Position numbers and translations under genes: made by a program
Source of the DNA: Candidatus Latescibacterota bacterium
GTDB taxonomy: Bacteria > Latescibacterota > UBA2968 > UBA8231
NCBI GenBank assembly: GCA_965206595.1
Contig: OZ242214.1
Location: forward strand, 3,072,001 to 3,136,000
Length of the DNA: 64,000 bases
Reading direction: 5' to 3'
Notes under the pieces: model-generated
What the model was told of the DNA's origin: nothing
The model's database searches: none
The model's input: the letters and a program-made list of their open reading frames with translations, nothing else
Shown here: positions 39,574 through 48,719 of the stretch, piece after piece
How positions within the stretch are numbered: the first letter of the stretch is position 1
Layout: every line of letters begins with the position of its first letter

Positions 39574-41393
39574 AGGTCGATCCGGGGTCCGTCCAGGGCT
39601 TCGAGGTTCCCCTCGATCTTCCGCACCTGGGCCTGCTGGCCGTCGGGGTCGGTCGCGGCTTCGTCCGGGTTGGTCGCGAACGGCGGGAAGGGAAACCGGA
39701 TCGGGATCGGCTCCGGCACGATCGGCTGGGACGCCACCATGGTGCCCGGCCTGAAGCGGGTGGCGCGCTCGCGCAGGGCCGGAGTGAGGAACCGGTAGGT
39801 CTCGGACTCGCTGGCATCCAGCCGTCCGGCAACTTTCAGCGACGCGTTGCGGGGCAGCGCCTGGGCAACCGCGGAGGCGGCCTGCTGCGCCCCGATCAGC
39901 AGCACGCCAAGGGAGCGACCGCGTTCGGCAATATCCACCAGCAGGTCCTTCAGCGGCGAGAATCCCTGTGCCGGGGCGTACTTGTTGAGCTCGTCGAGGA
40001 CCACGAAGCGCAGCGGCAGGCGGCCGGTGCCCTGCTTCTCGCGCCAGATCCGCTCCAGCAGCGCGCCCACCACGAAGCGCTGGGCGTCGTCGTGGAGGGT
40101 CGAGATGTCGACGACATGGAGCTTCGCGTTCTCCGACGAGACCGGCTCGAGACCGCACCCGATCAGGGGGCCGACGTGGCGGCGCAGCCGCAGAAGTCTG
40201 CGGAGAAAAGCCTGCCGCGTGCCCGACTGTGTGCGTCCGAACCACTCGTCGATCACGGCCTCGTCTTCTTCCGAAGCGATGCCTTCGAGCAGGTCGATGA
40301 GGTCGCCGAAGTCGCGGATTACGAGCCCAGCCCCGGAGGCCATCGAATCCGGATCGCGCTCGGCGAGCCGGTCGGGGTTATAGCTCGTGTTGGGGGGAAC
40401 GGCATGGGCGATCACCACGGCCCCGGACGTGTCCCCCTGCAGCCGCCGCAGGCGCCGCAGGAGCTGGATCCGGACCTGCTGCTCCACGAAGCCGACCTGG
40501 GTCGAGCGCTCGTCGTCGGAGGTGAAGCAGAACTGCAGGAGCTGCTCGCGGATGAACTGCTCCGGAGTCCAGCCGTAGGGGTTCACGTCGGCGGTCTTGC
40601 GGGTCCTGACGTTGGAGACGGTGTTCGGCGACGAGTCGGACTGGCGGGGAGCGTAGAGACGGACCGATCGAAACGGCCCGGGATTTTCGATGCCCAGGGC
40701 GCGCCATTTCTCGAACTCCTCCGGCTTGCCGGCGAACTCGGCGTTGGCCCGGTCCAGGTGGAGCAGGTCCTCCCCCTTTGTGTTGAAGACCAGCGCCCGG
40801 ACGCTTTCGCGCCCCGCCCTTCCGCCCAGCAGATCCATGCCCTGCTCGGTCTCCAGCAGTTGGTAGAGAAGAAACAGCGCGTAGGAGGTCTTCGTCGCGA
40901 CTCCCGAAATTCCCGAGATCGAGACGTGGCCTCCGGAGCGCCCATCCACGAAGCGCATGTCCGCATACACCGGCGCCCCTCCCAGGTCGAGGCCCAGGGG
41001 CAGCTTGCCGCGGGTCATCTCGTCCTCGAAGAGGGCGACCTCTCGGTGTTTTCCGGCGGCCCGGGTAACCACTCCCCCGGCATGGGGGGCGAGGAACAGT
41101 TCCGGACTCACCCGCAGCACCCGCACCTCGGCTCTCCGCACAAGCTCCGCGGGAAGGGTCCGGTCGATAACGCGGCCTGTGTCCGAGGGCAGATCGGCTC
41201 CTTCGAAGCGGGAGAGCAGCTCGGTGACGATCCCGTAGTGGATGACCTCCCGCCCGTCGGGCAGCTCGGTGGAAACGGTGACCAGCTCGTCGAGCTGGAT
41301 TACCGTGTCCGCTTCCAGCACCACGTGGAACGTTCGCGAGTCGCTGTCCACGGAGCCATCGACAAGCCCGATGCGTTTCAGCTCACCGCTCAT
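39570..41393 (-). CDS. herA: HerA helicase/translocase (bacterial type)
   Basis: N-terminal HAS-barrel-like region; variant Walker A HVSISGISGVATKTS; FVVLDELNKYAP; ERGRSLGVLLIGAQQ. Confidence 0.9.
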   Translation of the reverse strand: MSGELKRIGLVDGSVDSDSRTFHVVLEADTVIQLDELVTVSTELPDGREVIHYGIVTELLSRFEGADLPSDTGRVIDRTLPAELVRRAEVRVLRVSPELFLAPHAGGVVTRAAGKHREVALFEDEMTRGKLPLGLDLGGAPVYADMRFVDGRSGGHVSISGISGVATKTSYALFLLYQLLETEQGMDLLGGRAGRESVRALVFNTKGEDLLHLDRANAEFAGKPEEFEKWRALGIENPGPFRSVRLYAPRQSDSSPNTVSNVRTRKTADVNPYGWTPEQFIREQLLQFCFTSDDERSTQVGFVEQQVRIQLLRRLRRLQGDTSGAVVIAHAVPPNTSYNPDRLAERDPDSMASGAGLVIRDFGDLIDLLEGIASEEDEAVIDEWFGRTQSGTRQAFLRRLLRLRRHVGPLIGCGLEPVSSENAKLHVVDISTLHDDAQRFVVGALLERIWREKQGTGRLPLRFVVLDELNKYAPAQGFSPLKDLLVDIAERGRSLGVLLIGAQQAASAVAQALPRNASLKVAGRLDASESETYRFLTPALRERATRFRPGTMVASQPIVPEPIPIRFPFPPFATNPDEAATDPDGQQAQVRKIEGNLEALDGPRIDL

Positions 41394-41436
41394 ACCTGTC
41401 CTCGTCGCTTCACTAGGGCGGCCCTTTCGCTCATGC

Positions 41437-42390
41437 CTACTGCGACTCGCGGTTGAGTTCCATCACTGCAGCACGCACGGCGCGCAAGGCCAGGCGCCTG
41501 TCTCCCTGCAAATGGTGCAAATGGCGCTCCAGCCCGGCGATCGGGACCATGTTGACCGGCGCGCGCTCGTCTCTATGGGGAGCGGAAGCGAACGCCGGAA
41601 GCCAGCTCGCGGCGGCATCCGCCGCCTCCACCGCATGGGCCCGGCCGACTCCGGCCGGAACCTCGAGCCGCACGATCCCCGCCCACGGACTTGCCCACGG
41701 TCCCGGCACGCCCACCCGCAGGTAGCAGCCGTAGAGGTCGTCGCGCATGGCGAACAGACCGGATCGCTCTCCGGAGAACAACCCCGGCACCTGGGACCAC
41801 GCCTCGGGCTCCAGCATAGGGCGGTGATGGGTCTTCACGTAGCCGATGACAGGGAGCGTGCGGGTGCGCCGGATGTGGTGCAGCGGTCCGTCGATCACTG
41901 TAAGCCAGTCCCGAACTGAGAGTCCCTCGGCAATGCCTGCCTCGGTATCGCGCATCCGCCAGCGCAGGCGGTCGCGGGCGGCCTCCAGTTCGGTGCTCGT
42001 GATCGAGTCTGCCTCCCAGCGCCATCCGCCGGGCTGTGGCGGCAGCTCTACCCGGTGACCGTCGGTGAAGATCGCCGCCCGACCTACGGTAACCTGGTCG
42101 AAGCGCAGGGGCCGCTCCCCCTCGACCAGCACTGCACCGGCTCCCCAGCTTCCCGCCAGGCCGGTCACCGTTCCCCGGTCATAAGTACGTGTCAGGCGCG
42201 CCTCGACGCGCATGGTGCCGTCGACGAATGCCAATCGCCGCGGCCGTTGCGTCTCCGCGGGCCGATGGCGGCGAAACACCCCGTCATCCTCCACCAACTT
42301 GCATGCCTGGGCATCGGCAGAATCGGTGCGGACCTGAAAGCCGGCTCCGAAACCGGTATCGAACGGCTCCACGCCGATGGTACTATTCAA
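41437..42390 (-). CDS. nurA: NurA-like nuclease
   Basis: LAFVDGTMRV, VIDGPL, IGYVKTHH, RAPVN..PI.GLE.HL; directly upstream of herA. Confidence 0.8.
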   Translation of the reverse strand: MNSTIGVEPFDTGFGAGFQVRTDSADAQACKLVEDDGVFRRHRPAETQRPRRLAFVDGTMRVEARLTRTYDRGTVTGLAGSWGAGAVLVEGERPLRFDQVTVGRAAIFTDGHRVELPPQPGGWRWEADSITSTELEAARDRLRWRMRDTEAGIAEGLSVRDWLTVIDGPLHHIRRTRTLPVIGYVKTHHRPMLEPEAWSQVPGLFSGERSGLFAMRDDLYGCYLRVGVPGPWASPWAGIVRLEVPAGVGRAHAVEAADAAASWLPAFASAPHRDERAPVNMVPIAGLERHLHHLQGDRRLALRAVRAAVMELNRESQ

Positions 42391-42559
42391 GCCAAGTCCT
42401 TTTGCAGCGCCACCCAGAAGGCCAGGGGCGTAACGGGCTCGCTCCCCAGTACACGTCCGATTACAACAGATTCACTCAATGGCCGATCCCATCACGGTTA
42501 TACGTCTCCAAACACGCCAGCAGCGCAACGCACAGGGCAATCACTCTTGAGGTCCGGCC

Positions 42560-43735
42560 TCAGACCGCGGTCTCAAAAGGCTTCCAGGCTTCGCCGGCGG
42601 CCGCGGCCTGGCGCTCCAGCTCGCTGCGCCAGCCCACCACCTCCCCGGACTTGTTGCGACTGATGTCGAAACCGGCGTAGCGGTCCTCGAGCGTGTCCCC
42701 CAGTTTCTGCGTTTCCGCCCAGCGGTCCCAGGCCGTCTTCATCCACTCGTGCGGCAGGGCCTCGCGCACCGCCGGGTCGAGCTGCCAGGCGCTTCTGGCG
42801 TCGGCCACCGGCGGCTCCCCGGTGAACGGGCCCGACCATTTCGACCAGCCGATCGACAGGGTGTTGCGCTCGCGGTCGGGGACTGCGTGCCCGGTGTGGA
42901 GCGTGGCCCCGTTGCGGATCAGGGCCTCGCCGGGCTTGAGCCGGATCGCCACCTGGCCAGGCAGGGGGTCGGAGCCGTTCCAGCTGGGAGTGTACGGCAC
43001 CCCCTTGTCCTTCATTGCCTGCGGCAGCAGGACGTCGTGCTCGAGCGGCGTCCGCCACCTTTCGTGGCTTGCGGGCACGAGCTCGTGGCACTCGTCGTCG
43101 ACCAGCGCCAGGAACATGCTCACGCCGTCCCGCTCTTTGACGAGCCTGGCGTTGTTGGCGCGGATCTCCTTCCAGCGGATTCTCTCCACCTCCTCCGAGT
43201 AGTCCTCGAGGCTCTCTCCCCGGACCTCCCGCTGCGCCAGGTAGCTCTTCCCGGTCCCCCACCAGGTCACGTCCCGGTGCCAGCTCGGCCCGTTCTCGTA
43301 GCGCCGGGGATTGCACCACAGCAGCATTCCACCCAGAACCATATCCTCGGGCCCGAGCCCGTTGCACCAGGACTCGACGAAGCCGAGGAACTCGGGCGAG
43401 CCGTGGAACCCGGCAAAGTCCGGCTCCCCGAAGGCGGGGTGGATGAGGCCCCGGATCGCCCACGGCTCATCCTCCCGGGCGCGGTGGACGTACCCCTTCG
43501 AGCAGTCGATCCTGCTGTAGCCGTGCTCCGGCGCGCAGGCCTCGGTGACGCGGCGGCCGGCTTCGCGGAGGATGGGGATCCAGGGGCTGTCGACGAAGTC
43601 GTTGATGATGACGAAACCGTGCTCCTGCAGGTGGGCGAGCCTCTCCGGGGTGGCCCCGGGAGCGGTCAGCTCCGGCTTTGAGTCGGCAAAGGCGGTGGCC
43701 CGGTAAGACGACGACGGCTGCGGCTGATCGTTCAT
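42560..43735 (-). CDS. PhyH-family dioxygenase-like protein
   Basis: LQEHGFVII, SWHRD, LVPASH, TLHTG. Confidence 0.8.
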   Translation of the reverse strand: MNDQPQPSSSYRATAFADSKPELTAPGATPERLAHLQEHGFVIINDFVDSPWIPILREAGRRVTEACAPEHGYSRIDCSKGYVHRAREDEPWAIRGLIHPAFGEPDFAGFHGSPEFLGFVESWCNGLGPEDMVLGGMLLWCNPRRYENGPSWHRDVTWWGTGKSYLAQREVRGESLEDYSEEVERIRWKEIRANNARLVKERDGVSMFLALVDDECHELVPASHERWRTPLEHDVLLPQAMKDKGVPYTPSWNGSDPLPGQVAIRLKPGEALIRNGATLHTGHAVPDRERNTLSIGWSKWSGPFTGEPPVADARSAWQLDPAVREALPHEWMKTAWDRWAETQKLGDTLEDRYAGFDISRNKSGEVVGWRSELERQAAAAGEAWKPFETAV

Positions 43736-43888
43736 TTCCGCTCTTCCTTCTGAGAGATAACGGCAAAGAGTTCTACGTGCAGGCCTCCTTGTCGGGCCTT
43801 GCAGCGGTGCAAGCTCGCCTTGCCGGCGTGGCCGGGCAATCGCCACGGGCAGGGAGCCCGGTCAGGCAGGGGGGGATTGGGCGAGCCT

Positions 43889-44049
43889 TCACTCGCCGGG
43901 AGCGCCGTGTCCTGCGAATCCCCAACGGCTCAGGACCTCCAGCCAGCGCCGGCGCCGCGGGCTGCCGCCGGGATTGGCGAGCCACTCGCGGTGGGGCGCA
44001 GCAGCGGGAAGGTCTCGAACAGGGCAAGCTGGCTCGCGGTGAGGGTCAC
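43889..44049 (-). pseudogene. Internally deleted PhyH-family gene remnant
   Basis: GTG start overlapping the upstream stop gives VTLTASQLALFETF, a typical PhyH N-terminus. It is joined out of frame to HREWLANPGGSPRRRRWLEVLSRWGF...*. Confidence 0.55.
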
Positions 44050-45053
44050 AGGCCCACTTCCGTCCAACGCCGGAAGCTCTCCTCGTCGACGTTGCGCCCG
44101 CTGACGACGATCACCACATCCCCCTCTCCGTCGAGATCTACGGCCCCGCCCAGGGCCGCGGCCACGGCGATCGCCCCGGAGGGCTCGGTGCGCAGTCCGT
44201 GCGCGGCGTAGAGCCAGCGCATGGCGGCGCAGGTGGCGGCATCCGCCACGGTCACGGCCGCGGGCACGTGCCGGCGCAGGATCGGCCAGTTGTGCTCCCC
44301 TACGTCGTACGACAGCAGGCCGTCGCAGATGCTCTGCGGCTTTTCGATCCGCATCCGCTCCCCCTTTGCCAGCGACCGGCAGTAGTCGTCGGCCCCCTCC
44401 GGTTCGACGCCGACGATGGCGGCCCCGGGAAAGCCCCCGGCGATGGCGAGGGCATGTCCCGCCATCAGTCCGCCGCCGCTGACCGGACAGAGGAAATGCG
44501 AGAGCTCGCGGTCCTGCCGGCGCAGCTCCTCGACGATCTCGAGACCTCCCACCCCGTTGCCGGCAATGACGTGGTTGTCGTCGTAGGGCGAGGCTTGGAC
44601 CGCCCCGCTTGCGGCGATCCCGGCGGTCAGGCGGTCCCGCTCCCCGGTCAGGTGGTCGCTGGCCTGGTCGTAGGTGCGGATCTCGGCTCCGAACGAGCGC
44701 GTCAGCTCGAACTTCACCTTGGGCGCGCTCTCCGGCATGACGATGACGACCCGCTTGCCGTAGCGCATGCCCGCGAAAGAGATGCCGGAGGCGAAGTTGC
44801 CCGACGAGTGCGCCACCACCGGACGGCTGCCGATGGCGGCGAGGTTGTTCTCCATCCAGTTCAGCGCCCCGAGCAGCTTGAAGGAGCCGACAGGGGTCCA
44901 GCCGTAGTCCTTGAGCCAGGCGCGGCGGCCGTCCGCCAGCCCGAGCTTCTTCTCCAGGGAATAGGAGCGCAGCAGCGGTGCCGGGGAGAGGTGCCGGCGG
45001 ACGACAGCGGCGGCGCTTTGCACGTCGGCGAGGGTCGCGGTTTGAATTGACAT
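44046..45053 (-). CDS. PLP-dependent threonine/serine dehydratase family protein
   Basis: GSFKLLGA, AHSSGNFA, PVSGGGL, SGRNVD. Confidence 0.9.
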   Translation of the reverse strand: MSIQTATLADVQSAAAVVRRHLSPAPLLRSYSLEKKLGLADGRRAWLKDYGWTPVGSFKLLGALNWMENNLAAIGSRPVVAHSSGNFASGISFAGMRYGKRVVIVMPESAPKVKFELTRSFGAEIRTYDQASDHLTGERDRLTAGIAASGAVQASPYDDNHVIAGNGVGGLEIVEELRRQDRELSHFLCPVSGGGLMAGHALAIAGGFPGAAIVGVEPEGADDYCRSLAKGERMRIEKPQSICDGLLSYDVGEHNWPILRRHVPAAVTVADAATCAAMRWLYAAHGLRTEPSGAIAVAAALGGAVDLDGEGDVVIVVSGRNVDEESFRRWTEVGL

Positions 45054-45161
45054 TGCGGTCACAGCTTCTAAACTCAGCGGGCCAAATCGGCTTGTAAAGG
45101 AGAACAGGCCGCCGGGCGGCGCGCCCAGATCGGAGCAAGGGATTCACGGGGATTCAGGAAA

Positions 45162-46074
45162 ATGGCTTCACCGGAACGAGAGGTGTTCAGACAGACCTGG
45201 AACTGGCACGATCCCCTCGGCAGCGGCGAGTACACCATCGGCAAGGAGCAGTTCTACCAGATGGACGCCTCCTGCGGCAGGGTGCAGAACAGCCGCCTGC
45301 TCGCCGCGCACCACCTCCGGCGAACCCGCGGCCCTCTTCTACGAGCCGATGCTGAGCACCGCCGGGCAGGTCGTGCCCTCGATTGAATGGACCCGGGAGA
45401 TGCGCCGCATCTGCGACGAGCGCGGCATGCTGATGGTGGCCGACGAGGCCCTCACCGGGTTCGGGCGCACCGGCAAGTGGTTCGGCTTCGAGCACTTCGG
45501 CGTCGTGCCCGACATCCTCGCCTGCTCCAAGGGATTGGGCGGCGGCGTTCCCCTGTGCTCGGTGACCACCAGCGACGAGATCGCCGACGCCGCCCTCGAG
45601 AAGGGATACCTGCAGTCGTCGTCGCACTCGGGGGACCCCTTGCTGTGCGCGGTCGGCCTGAAGAACCTCGAGATCGTCGAGAGAGAAAACCTCGTCGAGA
45701 ACGCCCGCGTCGTCGGCGCCTACATGGAGGCGAAGCTCAAACGCATGGAGGAGCAGTACGAGATCGTCGGCGAAGCCCGCGGTCTTGGGTTGTGCCTCGG
45801 TCTCGAGATGGTGACCGACAAGGAGAGCCGCACCCCGAACGTCGACGCCGCGGTCGAGGTCACCCGCCACTGCTTCGAGCAAAAACTGTGGATCGCCGCG
45901 GGCAAGCCCCCGGAGAACGACGAGGAGCGCAAGATGGGCGGCCGCTTCGGCTCGCACATCATCCGCTTCATGCCGCCGATCTCGATAACCGAAGAGCAGG
46001 TGGACGAAGCCCTCGACATCATCGAGGCCGGCATTGTGGCGGCGCAGCAGAACCTTCCGGCGCGCACCGGGTGA
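45162..46074 (+). pseudogene. Class III aminotransferase (dialkylglycine decarboxylase-like) lacking its N-terminal half, joined out of frame to an unrelated 5' fragment
   Basis: From ~45310: TTSGEPAALFYEPML...ADEALTGFGRTG...PDILACSKGLGGG...IRFMPP. The upstream ATG (45162) encodes an unrelated ~50 aa in another frame. Confidence 0.75.
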
Positions 46075-46154
46075 TCACCGCACGGCGGGGTCCGGCAGAA
46101 TTCCGACGCCTGACAGCCCGTTGATATGCCTTTTAAAAGGAGGAAGCCAAAAAA

Positions 46155-47531
46155 ATGGGAACAGGATTCGACGACACCGGCTATCGCGTCCTCCGGGGGG
46201 CGCTGACAGAAGCGGAAGTCGACCGCCTCGCCGGGCCTATTCGTGCCGCCTTTGCGACGGGTGAGTACGACGGGTTCAGAGAGGAGGCAGCCTATCCGTC
46301 CCCCGGCATCTACTCGATGGGCCCGCGGATCCTCGAAAAGCACCCGGAGATTGCGGGTGTGAGCCTGGCGCACCCTGCCATCGTCGCGGCCGTCGAAGAC
46401 CTCTTCGGCGAGCCGGCTGCGCTGGCGCAGTACTGGTCGATCATGCGCACCCCCGGGGCGGGGGTGGGCGACAAGCCCTTCGTCAACGGCAGCGGCGCCC
46501 ACTACGACTACAAGCCATGGCGCTGCGTCGGCTCGTTCGTGAAGTGGATGTTCGCCGTGGTCCCGTTCGTCGACTACACCGAGGCAGCTGGCCCACTCGC
46601 GGTGTCTCCCGGCTCCCACCTCAAGACAAAGGTGCTTCCCTCGGACGGGCGCGTGCACCCGGTGGATGCAGCGCAGGTCCCCTTGCCGGCCGAGATCCCC
46701 TTTGACGACCCGTCCTTGAAGAAGGGGGACGCGATCTTGATGAACGGCTTCGCCTGGCACGAGGCGCGGCCTAACTTCGGCGACAGCGACCGCTGCGGTC
46801 TGTACATGAAGTTCCACGCCAGATCCTCTCCCCCCGCCTGCGGGCCGACGATCTACCCTTCCCAGGTCCACGACTTTCTGCCACCCGAGGCCAGGCACCT
46901 GGTTCCCTATCACCGGGGCGACGGCAGGTACGCCGCACTCCGCCAGCGCCCGGTGGGGGGAGTCGACGAGGCCCGGCTGCTGATCGAAGACAGCGAAGGA
47001 CGGGTGCTGGTGCTCGGCGACGGCGCCGACGGCTGGGGGCTGCCGAGGTTTGCCGCCGCCGAGGACGAATCAGCGGGCATACTGGACGTCTGCAACGTGA
47101 TGGGGTCGGTGCTCGAACAGGCCGGCGAGCAGCTTGGCCTGCGGCTGCCGTGGCTCAGCTGGCTCCTCGACCTTCCCGGCTCCCCTCCGGATGGGGGCGA
47201 GTGGCGCTGCCGGGTCTACGGCCATCGTCTGGCGGACGCCGCCCCTGAGATCGTCAGCGGGAACGGCAGGACACCCGGGCATCGCTGGATGTCGGCCGCC
47301 GAGCTCGAGGAGGCGGGAGCGGCGGGCCGGATCGAGTGCGGAGGGCAGGTGCGGCGGTGGCTGCGCATGTGGCAGGAGGAGGAGGAGGAAGAAGGGCGCG
47401 CGGTGACGAGAAGCTTTGGCGTCCCGAGCACCTACGTGAAGTATTTCTCGTACAATCGCGGCGGAAACCCGCAGGGACACTATCGCGTCGGTGTCTTCGA
47501 CAGCGAAGGCCGACCGGCGCCGCCACCGTAA
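46155..47531 (+). CDS. PhyH-family dioxygenase fused to a degenerate NUDIX-like domain
   Basis: AHYD, VSPGSH, AWHEA; C-terminal LLIEDSEGRVLVL....WGLP.....DE...EQLGL. Confidence 0.75.
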   Translation: MGTGFDDTGYRVLRGALTEAEVDRLAGPIRAAFATGEYDGFREEAAYPSPGIYSMGPRILEKHPEIAGVSLAHPAIVAAVEDLFGEPAALAQYWSIMRTPGAGVGDKPFVNGSGAHYDYKPWRCVGSFVKWMFAVVPFVDYTEAAGPLAVSPGSHLKTKVLPSDGRVHPVDAAQVPLPAEIPFDDPSLKKGDAILMNGFAWHEARPNFGDSDRCGLYMKFHARSSPPACGPTIYPSQVHDFLPPEARHLVPYHRGDGRYAALRQRPVGGVDEARLLIEDSEGRVLVLGDGADGWGLPRFAAAEDESAGILDVCNVMGSVLEQAGEQLGLRLPWLSWLLDLPGSPPDGGEWRCRVYGHRLADAAPEIVSGNGRTPGHRWMSAAELEEAGAAGRIECGGQVRRWLRMWQEEEEEEGRAVTRSFGVPSTYVKYFSYNRGGNPQGHYRVGVFDSEGRPAPPP

Positions 47532-47542
47532 AAGGAGCGCCG

Positions 47543-48718
47543 ATGAGAATCCGCAGAATCACTCCCTGGCTGATCCGCGGCCCGCAGCCCTTCATGGCCG
47601 CGGCCGGCGAACAACCCGGCGCCGAGCGCGCCTACATCTTCGTCCAGGTCGAGACCGATGAAGGGGTGACCGGATGGGGGGAGGTCACCAACTCCACCCC
47701 GGCCCACAACGCCGCGGTCGCCGCCCTGCTGGCGCAGGCCAACGAGCTCGTCGCCGGCGACGACGCCAGCCACATCGAAGCGATCTGGCACAAGATCTTC
47801 CGCTCCTACACCTACATGGGGTCGCGCGGCGCCGTGACCAGCGTCATCAGCGGCATCGACATCGCGCTCTGGGATATCCGCGGCAAGGTCGCCGGCCGCC
47901 CGGTGTACGATCTCCTCGGCGGCCCGGTGCGGGAGCGCATCTCCCTCTACGCCCACCCCAACGGCGGCACCTCGCCCGAAGAGGTCGCGCGCGCCGCGAA
48001 GGCGATCGTCGACTTCGGTCACACCGCGCTCAAGACCGACCCCTTCCCGCTGACGGAAGAGGAGGGGACCTATTTCGGATATCTCAGCGGCGAGGTGGAT
48101 GCGGCGACGGAGAAAACCGGCATCGAAAAGGTCGCGGCGATACGGGAGGCGGTCGGCCCGGACGTCGAGATCCTGATCGACGCCCACGGCCGCTTCGACG
48201 TGCCGACCGCGGTGCGCCTGGCGAAGCGCCTGGCCGAGTACGACATCGGCTGGTTCGAGGAGCCGGTCCCGCCCGAAAGCTACGCCGCGCTCAAGCAGGT
48301 CCGGTCGGAGGTGCCGGTGCCGATCTGCGTCGGCGAGCGGCTGTTCACCCGCTTCGACTTCCTGCCGGTGCTGCAGGAGGGCCTGGCCGACTACCTGATG
48401 CCGGACGTGACCTGGACCGGGGGGATCACCGAGCTGCGCAAGATTTCCAGCCTCGCCGAGACCTTCTACATCCCGGTGTCGCCGCACGACGCCTCCGGGC
48501 CGGTGAACGTCCTCGCCGGGGCGCACGTGATGATGACGGTGCCCAACTTCTACCGGCTCGAGACCATGCGCGCCGACCTCGGCGCTTACGACGCCTTCAT
48601 CGACCACCCTCTCGACATCCGCGAAGGCCACCTGCACCTGTCGGAGCGGCCGGGCCTCGGCATCGAGCTCGACCTCGATTTCCTGCGCGCCCACGTCCTC
48701 CCGGTCCCCGGGGTCTGA
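47543..48718 (+). CDS. Mandelate racemase/galactonate dehydratase-like enolase superfamily protein
   Basis: SGIDIALWDIRGK, LKTD, IDAHGRF, WFEEP, VGERL, PHD. Confidence 0.92.
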   Translation: MRIRRITPWLIRGPQPFMAAAGEQPGAERAYIFVQVETDEGVTGWGEVTNSTPAHNAAVAALLAQANELVAGDDASHIEAIWHKIFRSYTYMGSRGAVTSVISGIDIALWDIRGKVAGRPVYDLLGGPVRERISLYAHPNGGTSPEEVARAAKAIVDFGHTALKTDPFPLTEEEGTYFGYLSGEVDAATEKTGIEKVAAIREAVGPDVEILIDAHGRFDVPTAVRLAKRLAEYDIGWFEEPVPPESYAALKQVRSEVPVPICVGERLFTRFDFLPVLQEGLADYLMPDVTWTGGITELRKISSLAETFYIPVSPHDASGPVNVLAGAHVMMTVPNFYRLETMRADLGAYDAFIDHPLDIREGHLHLSERPGLGIELDLDFLRAHVLPVPGV

Positions 48719-48719
48719 C

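Noticed and set aside
38317-40245. 642-aa SbcD with a long N-terminal extension
   Set aside because: The extension is an alternative frame of herA; the real start is GTG at 39573.
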